Assembly: GCA_001643675.2 (NCBI GenBank)
Contig: LSRY02000047.1
Coordinates: forward strand, 620,001-684,000
DNA length: 64,000 nt
Direction of reading: 5' to 3'
Source of the DNA: Monocercomonoides exilis PA203
Taxonomy: Eukaryota; Protista; Preaxostyla
A program made the position numbers and the translations under genes. The notes beneath the pieces are model-generated. The model made no database searches. It saw nothing but the letters and a program-made list of their open reading frames with translations, and was not told the origin of the DNA. This document shows, piece after piece, positions 1-14,079 of this stretch (the stretch's first letter is position 1; each line of letters begins with the position of its first letter).

Positions 1-209
1 AAAAATGTACAACACTGCTATTTAAATTTTGAATATGAATAGATCTCATGTATGTTTGTACACAACCATGCAAATTCCTGTTAATTCTTATTGAATATTT
101 ATTGAGATATTTGAATTTTAAATTATGCCCAGATAAAAAAAAATGTCCGGATGAAAAAGCAACTCTAACTATTTTCTCAAGTTTTTTTGTTATGAGATAA
201 AAAAATTAT

Positions 210-457
210 ATATGTCTAAATTTTTTTGAAAAGTTCCTTTTGTTTAATTTACAAATAAAATAAAATTTTAATATTTCGATCAAATTTCTGTTCCCACTCA
301 CGAAACTTTTCAAGAATGGAAATAATACCAATGTCAAGATTTTGTTTTCATGACAGGCAAATCAGATGAGCGGGAACAGAAAATTGATTGAAATACGAAA
401 TTTTTATTTTGATTGAAAATTTAACAAAAGGAACTTTCCAAAAAATTTTAGACATAT
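210..457. mobile_element. 248-bp MITE with ~90-bp imperfect terminal inverted repeats (copy 1)
   Basis: Starts ATATGTCTAAATTTTTTTGAAAAGTTCCTTTTGTTT and ends AACAAAAGGAACTTTCCAAAAAATTTTAGACATAT (self-complementary ends). Same-length copy at 26810-27057. TA at both ends is a possible target duplication. Confidence 0.85.
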
Positions 458-2365
458 TTAATTTCCATCTGAACTTTTAAAGAGATTTTTTATTTTCAAA
501 AAAAATTATTTTATATTAATATGTTATTCATTAGAAAAAAATAATCTCGTAAGAAAATTAATTTATCATTTCAACTACAAAAAAAATAAAATAATAATTA
601 TAATAATAATAATAATTATAAAATAAATTAAGAGAAATACGGTCTTATAAGCTTTTTTTGTACAAGGCATTGAAAAATTGTTTCATTCATAACTTTATTT
701 CGCTTTCTCAGATTTCAAAATAAATTTGATTTTTATATCCGTAAATAGGCATCGTTGAAATCAAAACACTAAGTTTTCCAACATTTCACGAATGTCAAAA
801 AAATGGAACCATTTTCATTCATATTTTTTGATCACAAAATGTCTATGAAAAGTTCATTATTTTTCATTGAAAATCCCAGAAGCGAAATACTTTGCTCCAC
901 ATGTTGTAATAATTCATTTATTTCATTTTCAAACACCAACGTCTATGGTTATTTTTGAAGTCAGTACTATAATCAAAGTGAAGATTATTTGGGATATAAT
1001 TTTTGAAATCATTTCTTTTTTTGGAGGCTGTTTTTTCAAAGGATGTTAATCTTTTACAAGTAATTTTGCATTTAAATGCAAAATAATTTTCAAATGTTTC
1101 TGAAATCAATGTCTTTGAAGAAATAAAGATGGAGATGTCTTCGAAAAGTCATTACATTTTTCAGTGTTCATTTGTTAATGTTCAAGGGAATTTTTCGATT
1201 CGAAAATTTTGAAAGAAAAAATACGATAAGAAAAATCATCACACATTTAAAGATTCTTAATCATTTATGCTGTTCTGTTTATTAAAAACGCAAGTGTTGT
1301 ATTATGTGCTCAAAATGAGCATCTCCATTTTTTTTCGATATTCACACTTTTTTCTTCAACCTTTATCATGGAATAAATTAAAACTTGATATTGGAGTTCA
1401 CATGAAATAGCTCGCATTGTGGAAAAGTTAGAAGAGTTGAATGAAATAATTGATTTGAAAATGAGTTGTTCAATTTTTATAGAAAATTTTTTAATTTTTT
1501 ACTTATAAAGAAATCACCCATAAAATTGTTTAAAGTATCTGAAATCAAAAAAATCAGCATTTTCCTTGATTGTTTTTTAAAATGTGACGAAAAAATTATT
1601 TTTCTTTTATTACGATGTATTTTAAAACAAACAATGATTGACGAATGCTGAATTTTCGATAATCTGACAGAAAGGGACAGAGAGAAAGTTGGAAAGGAAT
1701 TTTTCTTATTGAAGCGAAATATGACAATTTTTCATAAATGCAAAAATATTAAAAATTTTTATTTTTTCTTTGTTTGAAAATAAACATTTATAGCAAAAAA
1801 TTTTTAACAGAGAAGAAGATTTGGAACAAAATTCTTACTTTGAAGAAAAAAACAACGATTTGTTTCAAACTTTTTCCACTTTCATATCATAACAAGTCAA
1901 ACATTCTCATATAAAAATGTTTAGAAAAATTAAAAAAATGAGTAATTTGCTCAGAAACTCTGAATGGAACAAAATTCATAATTCTAAAAATAACACCATA
2001 TTATTTTTTTTAATTCAGTTTTTTGCTTTTTGAATAAATTAGAATCCGTTGCCACTACAAAAAACATCGTCCTGAAGAAAAGATTTTGAAAGAACAAAAA
2101 GGAATAAAGAAAATTATATATAAAATGAAAGAATTCGAATTATTTTTGTACCATATGGGGATTTAACTATTTTTTTCTAAACAATAATTATGTATTCCAT
2201 TCTTATTCATCTTAAATTTTAAATAAATCGAACATTATTATGTTAAAAATTTTAAAAAATATTGAGTGTCAAACAAGATTTAATGATAAAATGTGGAATA
2301 AAATTTTGAAAACTAAAAAAGTCCCATATTTATTTTCTTCAGAAATAATATCTCTTTTATCATTC

Positions 2366-2789
2366 ATGGAAAGGTCACATAGCAAAAAGGCAGAAGTGAG
2401 CGGAACTGAATTACAGAAAATACGCGATATACTGAATCGCTTGGAAGATAGGCTAAGAAAAACCAAAAAAGGACTCGAAGCAACTGAAGTTTGTTAGATA
2501 GAAAAAATAATATTTTTTTCAATTCCCTCTTCTTCTTTCAGAGAGCTTTGTGGAAAGCTGAAGGTTGATTTTATTTGTCAAATTGAAATGAGTTATATTA
2601 TATTTCTAAGAGAGCTATTTAGAAGATACTGCTGCAATGGGTAATATTGTTAAAGGATTTGATCGATTTCGAGGTAAAGGAACTTCTGGGCATGCAAGTG
2701 GAAAAGTGCGATTGTCTGATCGAATTTTTTCGCAATCTTCTCTGACAAATCCATATCCTGTTGAATATTATCCTGAAGCATATACATAA
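2366..2789 (+). CDS. EAF6: NuA4 histone acetyltransferase subunit Eaf6/MEAF6-like, 3 exons (introns 2489-2541, 2564-2610)
   Basis: Spliced product ...LEATE-RALWKAE-ESYLEDTAAMGNIVKGFDRF...DRIFSQSSLT matches the Eaf6 signature (ExxYLExT..GNIxxGFD...DRIFSxSS); GT-AG introns keep the frame. Confidence 0.85.
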
Positions 2790-3742
2790 GTTATAAAATG
2801 GAGCAAAATCATTTGCACTTCATATTTTATAATATAAAAATGCATTTTAATTTGGTATGTTTTGTTTGGATTTTTTAAAGCATGTTACAGCATTTCCTGC
2901 CAACAAACATTTTTGGATATTACTTTTCATTTTCAATATTTTATTCTCATTTTTCAAAACAACAACAACAGTTTCTTTTTCCGAGAGAGCATCTTGCTTT
3001 ATTTCTTTTCTTGAGTATGAATTACTTCTGTGGATTTCTTCTTCATTCTCAAGCATTTCACACTCATCGAATATTGTTTCATTCATCTATGAAGTATGCA
3101 CAGATCAGATGCACAACAAATACTTAATTACACAGCCACAAACTCTTGAACATTTTGCAAAAAAATTTTTATTTTTATTTTTGCAAAGCAGTTTTGGCTT
3201 GATCCCCGAGTGGAATAGAAGAAGACGAGAAACTCCCTTCGATTTTGTTCAATCAACACAAACTTTTTTGTTCTAACTTTATCAGAAAAAGGAATGCATT
3301 TTGCTTCGCGTTTTCTGCCTTTTTCAGCAATTGAAGGTTGGATAATTTCTTTATAAATAAGACAGCTGAAGCCAACAACGATTTTCCTTTTTTCAATGTT
3401 GTTTCATGCTTTTATCTTTGCTTCTTTCTCTGCATTTCATGCCTTGATAATCTCTGCTTTTTTAAAATTCTCCCTTGTTCTGCAAAAACAAGATGCAGAA
3501 AATTTGGTATTTTTTTCATATGCCGAGATGTGATGGAACATGTTCTGATTTTTTCAAAAAAAATATTTTCTTTTAAAAATAAACTCTCAGAAAGATTTTC
3601 CGAATCTATGATTATGTATTACAAATAAACTTTCCCAAATAAAATACACGAACACTTACAAAATTTGCAAGTGCAAGTGAAATGGCAGTAAATTTAAAAA
3701 AATTTTTTTAGAAGTGAAAAATTTCTTTTTTCTTTCATTCCA

Positions 3743-4832
3743 TCAAATAGTATTTCTTTCTTTCTCCTTTAAAGCTTTCTCTCTCTCTTGATCTTTTTTG
3801 GACCACGAAGGCGCTAAGACAGCAGATCCATATATAATACGAGCTTGTAAAAGCTTTAAAGCATCCTCTCTATTTTGGAATATAACATTCACAACAGAAG
3901 ATTCGGATGCTACATAAATTATGCGAATTACACATAAATAATAATTTAAATTCAAAATAATAATTATTATTATTAAAAAATAAATAAAAGCAAACCATAT
4001 GCGCCCATTGATCGTTGTTTAAAAACTTTTGTTGGATGGTAAGGATATAATAAATCATCAACAACTTCCATATCAATTTCACCTGGTGGGAAATTGTATA
4101 TTCTAACTCGAAATTCATCTGATTTTTTTCAATACATAATTGATAAATAAGAAAATAACAAAAATCAAATTAGTCAAAAATAACATTTTAAATCATAAAT
4201 AAAATTACGCACCTGTGTCATCACGATGCGAGAAACGGCGATGGTACATATCTTCTTCTTCTTTTTGTCTTCTTGCTTCTTCTTCCGCTAACATTCGTGC
4301 TCTATCAGGACATTTCAAAGAAAGATGAGGCCCTCCACAAAATCTGCATATAAGGCTTCCAGATTCGGCTTGTCCTTTCAATAATTCAACTTGAGCCATT
4401 GCTGCAGCAGGCTGTAATTGAATATCGCAAAATTATCACATTACAAAAACAGCATAGAATTAAACAATCATGTGCAAAATGAAACAAGCAAGATTTCACA
4501 AACAGGCTCAAGATAAACACGGTCTTCCAAAGATGAATGATATTCAGAGCTTCCTTCTTTATGACCCCATTGCTGAATATAAAAAAATAATAAATATCTT
4601 CATAAAACAAAAATGCATTTTGATGAAAAAAGAAAACCGATTGACGTTCAACAATTCTCTTTGAAACTTTTTCTTGTCTTTTTTCTCGTTTGTATGTTCT
4701 TAATAAAATCGCTCCGTCTACATGCTCCCGTTTTTTCACAAGAACAGAACCATCTTCTTGTGGTTCTTCTGATAAGATAACGGAGTACGGCTGAATCTCC
4801 TCGTCATCAATCATATCAGGTAAGACTGACAT
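3743..4832 (-). CDS. EIF3G: Translation initiation factor 3 subunit G, multi-exon
   Basis: N-terminal segment with ...EKVSKRIVERQ, Zn knuckle ICRFCGGPHLSLKCPDR, C-terminal RRM ending ...FQNREDALKLLQARIIYGSAVLAPSWSK. Exon boundaries not all resolved. Confidence 0.75.
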
Positions 4833-5730
4833 TTTTATTGTTATTACGGGATAGACCCAGAATTCATAATTTCTTTTTTTGAGCAACTAACAAGAATAAA
4901 TAATGTGAATTTTAATCATAATATTCATTAAAAAAAATTGAAAAGAATGATGTCGTTACATTGTTACAAAATGCTACGAGACAACATTTGAAATGATTGT
5001 TTATGGAAAAATTTGAATTATTACATAGAAGAAAATACAAAGATATGGATTCCCAATAAATTACAGAAGATCATATTTAAAAACAAGTTAAAAGAAAATA
5101 AAATGCATCAAAGCAATTGTATGAAAAATATTATTATAAATGTTTTATTCTCCTTCACCAAAACAATTTCTCAAAACACTATTAGACTCTGAAAAAAACA
5201 GCAAGAAAAAATAAAATAAAATAAAATAAAACATTGATGAAATCAGATCAGAATAAAAAAATTCTTAAAAACAATTTTACACCAATCAAATTTCCTCCCT
5301 TTTCATTTTCGAAATTGGTGCTATTAAAAATAAAATAAAATTGATAATTAAAAGAATTATATGAAAGAGTGTAGAGGAAAAAATAAAAACAAAAATAAAA
5401 GAAATGAAACCTAAAGTAATAAAATGAAAAAAATTTTTATTTATTTTATTTTTGCGAAAATAAAAAACCAAAAACAGTGAAAATAATCAGTGTGACTTTA
5501 ATTGTGCAAATAACAGTGGAATACGCATTGCGAATGGTTTGAAAGAAAAAAAAAAAAGAAAAGAAAAGAAAATTAAAAAATTAAAAGCAATATTTTGTTC
5601 ACTCTAATTAACTTCATTGTTTAACATTTCACAATATCGGTTTTTCTTCTTTATCTTTCTCTTTCTCTTTCTCTCTCTCTCATTTCATTTCATTTTACTT
5701 TATTTTACTTTATTTCACTTTATTTTTTTT

Positions 5731-8700
5731 TTACTTTCCCCCTTTTTTCCCAAAGAACGAAAAAACCGAAAACTTCGACTCCTTCACCCCCAATCTGCTC
5801 AAGCACGTCTTTGCTTCAGCAGACGCACCCGACACATTCGAACTGACCCACTTCAGCACTGAAACAAAGCCAAGCTGCTCAGCCTTCACCGCAAACGGCT
5901 TCAAAACAAGCAAATTGCTCAGTGACATACAGCATAATTTCGCAATGTCTGATGAATTCGACATCGCAAACAGAGAAGAATGAGAATTGCGAACGGGGAG
6001 CAAAGCACCTGGACACGCCACAAGCAAAGCATCGCAGGCTGTTTCGAAGGCGTGGAGCGACATGAACGAAGGAAGAAGCAAAGAAGGCAGGTCAGTTTGC
6101 ATTGAAGAGGCATTGGGATCAGAAGAATCAGAAGAATCAGAAGAAGAAGTATTTGTATTGCTATTCCCTTCACGTGACAAAGGAAGAAGAGAAGGAGAAG
6201 AAGACGATGAAGAAACAGAAGACGTGCGACGAGCAGAATTCACTTGTGAAGTGTTGCCGGCAAGTGGTTCAGACAGCTTCTCAAACACACGCAGAGAATA
6301 GTGAAGAAGGGTAGAGGCACGCAAAAGAGCATCAGGTGTATACAGAACAGGAGAAGAGGCATATGTGCTCATGTTTGCAGTGGATGGAGAGGAAGAAAGA
6401 GAAGTTTTTGTTTCTTTTTCTTCTTTTTTTACTTCTTCTTCTTTTCCTTCTCCACTATCATTATTATTGTTATTGCTTACACTTTCAAGAGGAGAAGCAC
6501 TTTGTTGTTGTTCAGCACTCAGAATAAGAGGCAGCTTGAGAAGAGGCAGAAGAGCAGGAGGTGACAAAACAATGACCGTTTGCTGCAGAAGAGAGAAAAG
6601 CAAAGACGCTCCCCCATTTTGGAAGAAGAGCAAAATCGGATGCTGAACAGGTTGTTTGCCTTCTTTGGACTTGTCTTGGTTGTCTTTGTCTGTTGCTTCT
6701 TTCTCTTTCTCTTCTTCTTCTTCTTCTTCTTCTTCTTGTTCTTCCTCTTCTTGTTCTTCCTGTTCTTTTGCATCTTCTACCGAAAATAGCGACTCAGCAA
6801 GTGACATTGCACACAACAATATCAGGAAATTCAAATGCTTCTCTTCTTTTGTCTCTGATTCTTCTATTATCTTTTCTCCTTCTCCTCTTTCTCCTCTTTC
6901 TCCTTCTCCTTCCCTTTCTCCTTCTTCTCTTCCCTTCACTTCACCAACTTTCTTCTCATCTTCACTGATTATCTGCTCCGTCTGCACAACTTCCATTCTT
7001 TCTGCCTCAAACTCGCCAAACACCTTCAACAAATCAGTCACAAGCACACCAATTTTCTCACTTTCATTCGAAATTACCTTCAAAACAGACAAAGAAGTCC
7101 TCTTGCAACGCAAAATGTTGTTCACAACTTTTAACAGACGAAGAAGCAGAACACGATTAACACTTCTTCTTTTGTTTATTTTTTGTTTGATTTTTATTTT
7201 TGTTTTTTCCATTTGACATTTTGACATGCTGTCAAATTTATCCATTTTTTGATCTTTATTAACACAAGTTTCATTTTCATAAACATTCTCATTAACATCT
7301 TCGTTTTCTGAACTTAAGCTTTCATTTTCAATGCAGAACAAAAGAGAAAGAAGAGGCGGAAGAATCATCTTTGTGAAGGAAGGCTCAACGGCCTGCACAG
7401 CAAAGAGGGTGGAAGACAAAGAGAAGACAGAGAGAAGAGAGTTTAAGAACACTGGAGTGAAAGAGAAAGAGATGGAAGAAGAAGAAGAAGAAGAAGAAGA
7501 TGATGATGAATTCGTTTTTTCGTGTTTCGCAACCAAACGAGAAAGTTGACTGATGAAGTAAGAAATAACAGCATCAATACGATTCTCAACAAGAGCATCA
7601 ATGATGACAGAAGAAGAAGTAGAAGAAGAAGATAAAGAGGAAGATAAAGAAGAAGAGGAAGAGGAAGAGGAAGAAGAAGATGTTGGAATGGAAGAAGAAG
7701 CGATGGCATTGAGAAGAGATAAAACACGGCAGAGGATGTGTTCAGAGGCAGAAACAGAAGGTGGATGGTATATGAAATGAGAAGGAGAAGAGGAAGAAGA
7801 GGAAGTGGAAGATGAATTAGAAGAAGATGAAGAAGATGATGAAGATTGTAAGAATGGCAATAGAGTAGATACACTTTCCTCTCCTTCTTGTTTTGTTGTG
7901 TTATTCGTTTCAGAACGAGAGCCAAAGGAAAGAATGCTTCGGATGTGGAAGTGGCAGAGCAAAGTGAGTGCGCTTGGGATTTGATGGAGATTCACTTTCA
8001 TTCTCCAGCTGTCTGAAAAATTTAATAGATGATTATAGGAGAAAGAAATGAGAAAAGGGAGAAATTAAAAAAAAAAAAAAGGGAGAGAGAGAGAGAGAGA
8101 AGATAATCAAAATCATTTCAGAAAAACAAAAGAAAACAAAAGAAAACAATAACAATAACAATTCTTGAATAAAAACTCCATCATACCTACATTCACACAT
8201 ATCTCCAATATCCTCAATATTCTCTCCACAATCGACCGGCAATTCTGAAGCACATTCTCTTTCTCTCTCACAACTGCCTCATCTTCTGCTTCTTTACTTT
8301 TGTTGCTTTCTTCCTCTTCTTCTTCTTCTTTTTCTTCATTTTCATCTTCTTTCTCTTTCTCTTCTTTCTCCTCTCCTTCTTTATTAGCTTTCTCTTCCTT
8401 CCTCTCCTTCTTCTCCTTCTCCTTCTCCTCTTCTCTTATTCTCTGCTGCTGTTGTTCTCTTTCCAGTTTCAATGCAAAATTCATCAGATTTCCAAACGTA
8501 GCTTCACACCCCAAGGCAGTGAACATTGGAAGAAGAGAAGGAAAAGAAGGAGAAGAAGAAGAAGAAAGAGAAGAAGAAAGAGAAGATGAGGATGAGGAAA
8601 ACATTTGATTTTGAGAAGAAGAAAAAGGAGGAGGAGAGAAGGAATTAAGAGAGCTAACAGAAGGAGAACGAGAAGAAACAGAAAGACGACGATCATTCAT

Positions 8701-9301
8701 TGAAATGGAAGAAAGAGAAGAAGCTGAAGAAGAAGAACTAATTAACTGCAGCAAAACATCCAATTCATCATAAATATGATGCAAAAACGAAGAGAAAGTG
8801 GGGAAAGATTCAGAAATCGAAGCAAAAGAAGAAGAAAAATTGTTCAAAATATTCAAATCTGAACGTAAATTTAGCGCTTTTTCACGAAGTTGTCTTTCTC
8901 TTTCTCTGCATTTTTCATTGTATTGCTTCATCCTCTCTTTCTCAAAGATCTCGTTTATCTTCGCTTTCTCTGCTTCTTCTTTTTGTTTTGCTTTTTCTAA
9001 TTCTTCTTCTTCTTTTTCTTCTTGTTTTGATTCTTTTTGATTATCTGTTTTGTTATCTTCAGATTTCATTGAAGAAGAAGAAGAAGAAGAAGAAGAAGAA
9101 GAAGAAGAAGATTGAGATGTTGTGTTATCTTCATTCTTTTCTCTTTCATTTCCTTCTTTTGCTTCTTTTGTTTCTTCTTTTGCTTCTTCATGCGATTCAT
9201 TCTTCATTGTATTTTCTTGTTCATTGCTCTTCTGATTATCAATTGAAGAAGAAGAAGAAGAAGAAGAAGAAGAAGAAGAAGAAGAAGAAGAAGAAGAAGA
9301 A

Positions 9302-9333
<32 letters not shown>

Positions 9334-9441
9334 CTTCGAAGAAAATGCTAACTTCATTCTTTCTGCAAACGTCAGCTTCTTCTTCTTCTGCCCTTCTCCT
9401 TCTTTGTTTTCTTCTCTTTCTTCTCCTTTCTCTTTCTCCTC

Positions 9442-9474
<33 letters not shown>

Positions 9475-12400
9475 CTCTTCTCTCCTCCTCTTCTCCTCTT
9501 CCTTCTTCTTCCTCTCCATTTCTTTCTTCTCCTCTTCTTTCTTCTTTATTTCTTCCCTCTTTCTTTCAATTTCTGCTCTTGCTTTTGCTCTTGCTTCTTC
9601 ATCTTTCTTTATTCTCTCTTCTCTTTCTCTCTTCTTCCTCTCTTTCTCTTCTTCCTCTTCTTTCTTTCTTCTTTCTTCCTCTTCCTCTTCTTTCCTCTTC
9701 CTTTCTTCTGCTTCTTCCCTCTTCTTCTTCTCTTCTTCTTCTCTTTTTTGCCTTTCTTCTTCTTTTCGTTTCGTTTCTTCTTCTTCTTTCTTCTTCTTCT
9801 CCTCCTCTTTCCTCTTCTTCTCTTCTTCTCTCTTTATTCTTTCTTCTTCTTCTCTCTTCTTCCTCTCCTCTTCTTCCTTTTGTTTCTTCTCTTCTGCTTC
9901 TTTTCTTTTCTTTTCTTCTTCCTCTTTCCTTATTCTTTCTTCTTCCTCTCTCTTCTTCCTCTCTTCTTCTTTCTTAATTCTTTCTTCTTCTTCTCTTTTC
10001 AACCTTTCTTCTTCCTCTTTCTTCTTTCGTTCTTCCTCCTCTTCTTTCCTCTTCCTTTCCTCTTCTTCTTTCCTCTTTCTTTCTTCTTCTTCTTTGCGTT
10101 TTCTCTCTTCTTCTTCCTCTTTTCTCTTTCGTTCCTCCTCTTCTTTCCTTAATCTCTCCTCTTCTTCTCTCTTTAATCTTTCCTCCTCCTCTTTTTTCTT
10201 TCTCTCTTCTTCTTCTTTCCTCTTCTTCTCTTCTTCTTCTCTTCTAAGTCTTTCTTCTTCTTCCCTCTTCTTCTTCTCTTCCTCTTCTTTTCTGATGCGT
10301 TCCTCTTCCTCCTTCTTCTTTCTTTCCTCTTCTTCTTTTCTCTTCTTCTCTTCCTCTTCTTTTCGTTTTCTCTCTTCCTCCTCTTTCCTCTTCCTTTCCT
10401 CTTCCTCTTTTCTAAGTCTTTCTTCTTCCTCTTTCTGTTTCCTTTCCTCTTCTTCCTTCCTCAACCTTTCTTCCTCCTCTTTCTTCTTTCTCTCCTCTTC
10501 TTCCTTTCTCTTTCTCTCCTCCTCTGCTTTCTTTGCTTTCTCTTCTTCTTCTCTTCTAATTCTCTCTTCCTCCTCTTTTCTCAATCTTTCTTCCTCTTCC
10601 TTCTTCTTCCTCTCTTCTTCTTCCCTCTTTAATCTTTCCTCTTCTTCTCTCTTCTTTCTTTCCTCTTCCTCCTTCTTCAATCTTTCTTCTTCCTCTTTCT
10701 TCTTCCTTTCTTCCTCTTCCTTTCGTTTTCTTTCCTCTTCTTCCTCTTTCTTCTTTCTTTCTTCCTCTTTTCTTAATCTTTCCTCTTCCTCTTTCTTCTT
10801 TCTCTCTTCTTCCTCTTTCTTCTTCCTTTCCTCTTCTTCTTTTCTTAATCTTTCTTCCTCCTCTTTTCTCAATCGTTCTTCTTCTTCCCGTTTTAATCTT
10901 TCCTCTTCTTCTTTCTTTTTCCTCTCTTCCTCTTCTTTCCTTATTCTTTCCTCTTCCTCCCTCTTCTTTCTCTCTTCTTCTTCTTTCCGTTTTCTTTCTT
11001 CTTCCTCTTTTCGAATTCGTTCCTCTTCTTCTTTTCTCTTTCTCTCTTCTTCTTCCTTTCGTTTCCTTTCCTCCTCTTCCTTTCTAATTCTTTCTTCTTC
11101 TTCTCGTTTTAATCTCTCTTCTTCCTCTTTCTTCTTCCTCTCTTCTTCTTCTTTCCTCTTCCTTTCCTCTTCCTCTTTTCGCAAACGCTCTTCTTCTTCT
11201 TTCCGTTTTCTTTCTTCCTCCTCTTTTCTAAGTCTTTCTTCTTCTTCCTTTCTCTTCCTTTCCTCTTCCTCTTTTCTGATTCGTTCTTCCTCTTCCCGCT
11301 TTAATCTTTCTTCCTCTTCCTTCTTCTTTCTCTCTTCTTCCTCTTTTCTTAAGCGTTCTTCCTCCTCTTTCTTCTTCCTTTCTTCTTCTTCTCTTCTCAA
11401 TCTCTCCTCTTCTTCTTTTCTCTTCCTCTCTTCCTCTTCTTTTCTCAACCTTTCTTCTTCTTCCTTCTTCTTTCGTTCCTCTTCTTCTTTTCTTAAGCGC
11501 TCTTCCTCTTCCTTTCTCTTCCTCTCTTCCTCTTCCTTTCTTAATCTCTCCTCTTCTTCCTTTCTTTTCCTTTCTTCTTCTTCTTTTCTTAATCTTTCTT
11601 CCTCCTCTTTCTTCTTTCTCTCCTCTTCCTCCTTTCTTTTTCTCTCTTCCTCTTCTCTCTTTATTCTCTCTTCTTCTTCTTTCCTTTTCCTTTCTTCTTC
11701 CTCCTTTCTTATACGTTCTTCTTCTTCTCTCTTTAGCCTTTCCTCTTCTTCTTTCCTTTTTCTCTCTTCTTCTTCCTTTCGTAACCTTTCTTCCTCTTCT
11801 CTTTTAAGTCTTTCTTCCTCTTCTTTCCTCTTTCTCTCTTCCTCCTCTTTTCGTAAACGCTCTTCTTCTTCCTTTCTTTTCCTCTCTTCCTCTTCCTTCC
11901 TCAATCTTTCTTCTTCTTCCTCTTTTCTCAATCTTTCCTCCTCCTCTTTCTTCTTCCTTTCTTCCTCTTCTTTCCTCTTTCTCTCCTCCTCTTCTCGTTT
12001 TAATTTCTCTTCTTCTTCTCTTTTGATGCGTTCTTCCTCTTCTTTTCTCTTCCTCTCCTCTTCCTCCTTTCTCAGTCTTTCTTCTTCCTCTTTGCGTTTT
12101 CTTTCTTCTTCCTCCTTTCTTAATCTTTCTTCCTCTTCTTTCTTCTTTCTCTCCTCTTCCTCCTTCCTCAACCTTTCTTCCTCTTCTTTCTTCTTCCTTT
12201 CCTCTTCCTCTCTCCTTAATCTTTCCTCTTCCTCCTTCCTTTTTCTTTCCTCTTCCTCTTTTCTGATTCGTTCTTCCTCTTCCCGCTTTAATCTTTCTTC
12301 CTCTTCCTTCCTCTTTCTCTCTTCTTCCTCTTTTCTTAAGCGCTCTTCCTCCTCTTTTTTCTTCCTCTCTTCCTCTTCCTTCCTCTTCCTCTCCTCCTCT

Positions 12401-14044
12401 TCTTTTCTAAGCCTTTCTTCTTCTTCTTCTTTCCGTTTTCTTTCTTCTTCCTCCTTTCTCAATCTTTCTTCTTCTTCTTTTCTAATTCGCTCCTCCTCTT
12501 CTTTCTTCTTCCTCTCTTCCTCTTCCTTCCTCAATCTCTCCTCTTCTTCTCGTTTCAACCTTTCTTCTTCTTCTCTTTTCAATCTTTCCTCTTCTTCCCT
12601 CTTCTTCCTCTCTTCCTCTTCTTTTCTTAATCTTTCCTCTTCTTCTCGTTTCAGTCTTTCTTCTTCTTCCTTCTTCCTCTCCTCCTCTTCCTTTCTCAAC
12701 CTTTCTTCTTCTTCCTTCTTTAATCGTTCCTCTTCTTCTCTCTTCTTTCTTTCCTCTTCTTCTTTCCTCTTTCTCTCTTCTTCCTCTTTCTTTTTCCTTT
12801 CTTCCTCTTCTTTTCTAATTCTCTCTTCTTCTTCCTTCTTTAACCTTTCCTCCTCTTCTTTCTTCTTCCTCTCCTCCTCTTCCTTTCTTAGCCTTTCTTC
12901 TTCCTCTCTCTTTAATCTTTCTTCTTCTTCCTTTTTCAATCTTTCTTCTTCTTCTTTCTTCTTTCTCTCTTCCTCTTCCTTTTGTTTTCTTTCCTCTTCT
13001 TCCTTTCTCTTTCTTTCTTCTTCCTCTTTTCTCAATCTTTCCTCTTCTTCCTTCTTTAATCTTTCTTCCTCTTCCCTCTTCTTCCTTTCTTCTTCCTCTT
13101 GTTTCTTTTTCTCCTCTTCCTCCTTTCTAATTCTCTCTTCTTCCTCTTCTTTCTTCTTCTTCTCTTCCTCTTCTTTTCTAAGTCTTTCTTCTTCCTCCTC
13201 TTTCCTCTTCTTCTCTTCTTCTTCTTCTTTCCTCTTCTTCTCTTCTTCCTCCTCTTTCCTCTTCCTTTCCTCTTCCTCTTCTCCTTCTCCCTTTCCTTCT
13301 CCTTCCTCTCCTTCCTCTCCTTCTCCCATCTCACTCACCGCTTCTTCCCTCACCTGCTCCAAATTCACCTGAACTGCCTGGAAACTCGTCAGCATCTGCT
13401 CAATCTCTGCCAACTTCGCTTTCTTCTTCTCTTCCCACTCTTTCTCCTTCCCTTCTTCTTTCTCTCCGCTTGCCATTTCCTCCAATTTCCCTTTCTCTTT
13501 CTCGATTTTCTGTTTAATTGCTCCCAAAATCTTGTCTCCTTTTGCTTTTATCACCTCTTTCCCGCCTTCCTTCGACACACATATCAATTGCAATAGTTTC
13601 AGACAGCTGAACACAGCTTCACAGTGCATTGAATGGAAAAGCTTGTTTTGAACTTCTTCTCCTTCTTCCTTCTCTCCTTCCTTCTCTTCTCCTTCCTCCT
13701 TCTCTTTCTTCTTCTCTTCTTCTTCCCCTTCAAACACCTCAATTGCCTTCAAGATGATCTTAACCCCTTTCTCCTTCACAATCTCCTCACGAACAGCTGA
13801 CATCGCGCACAGCTGCCTCAAACACACAAACAAATCAATCAACAAAATTTCCTTCTCTTCTTTTTGCTTCTTTTTTGTTAAAACATTTGATTTTTTTGAA
13901 TAAAATGAAAATTTTGAGTTTAAAACAAGAATTTGAATGTATTCTAAAAGCAATGGAGTTATTCCGAGTGAAGAAAGCTGCTTTCTCCCTTCGTCTTCTT
14001 CTGTCAGTTTGCACAGAACACAAAGAATGCCACTTAACAGAGAA

Positions 14045-14079
<35 letters not shown>

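Noticed and set aside
2847-3560. Possible minus-strand coiled-coil gene between EAF6 and EIF3G
   Set aside because: Coding-like, but I could not build a consistent stop-free exon chain or recognise a domain.
9404-13372. 1322-aa plus-strand S/F/L ORF
   Set aside because: Antisense shadow of the ER/K repeat; polypyrimidine sequence lacks stop codons.
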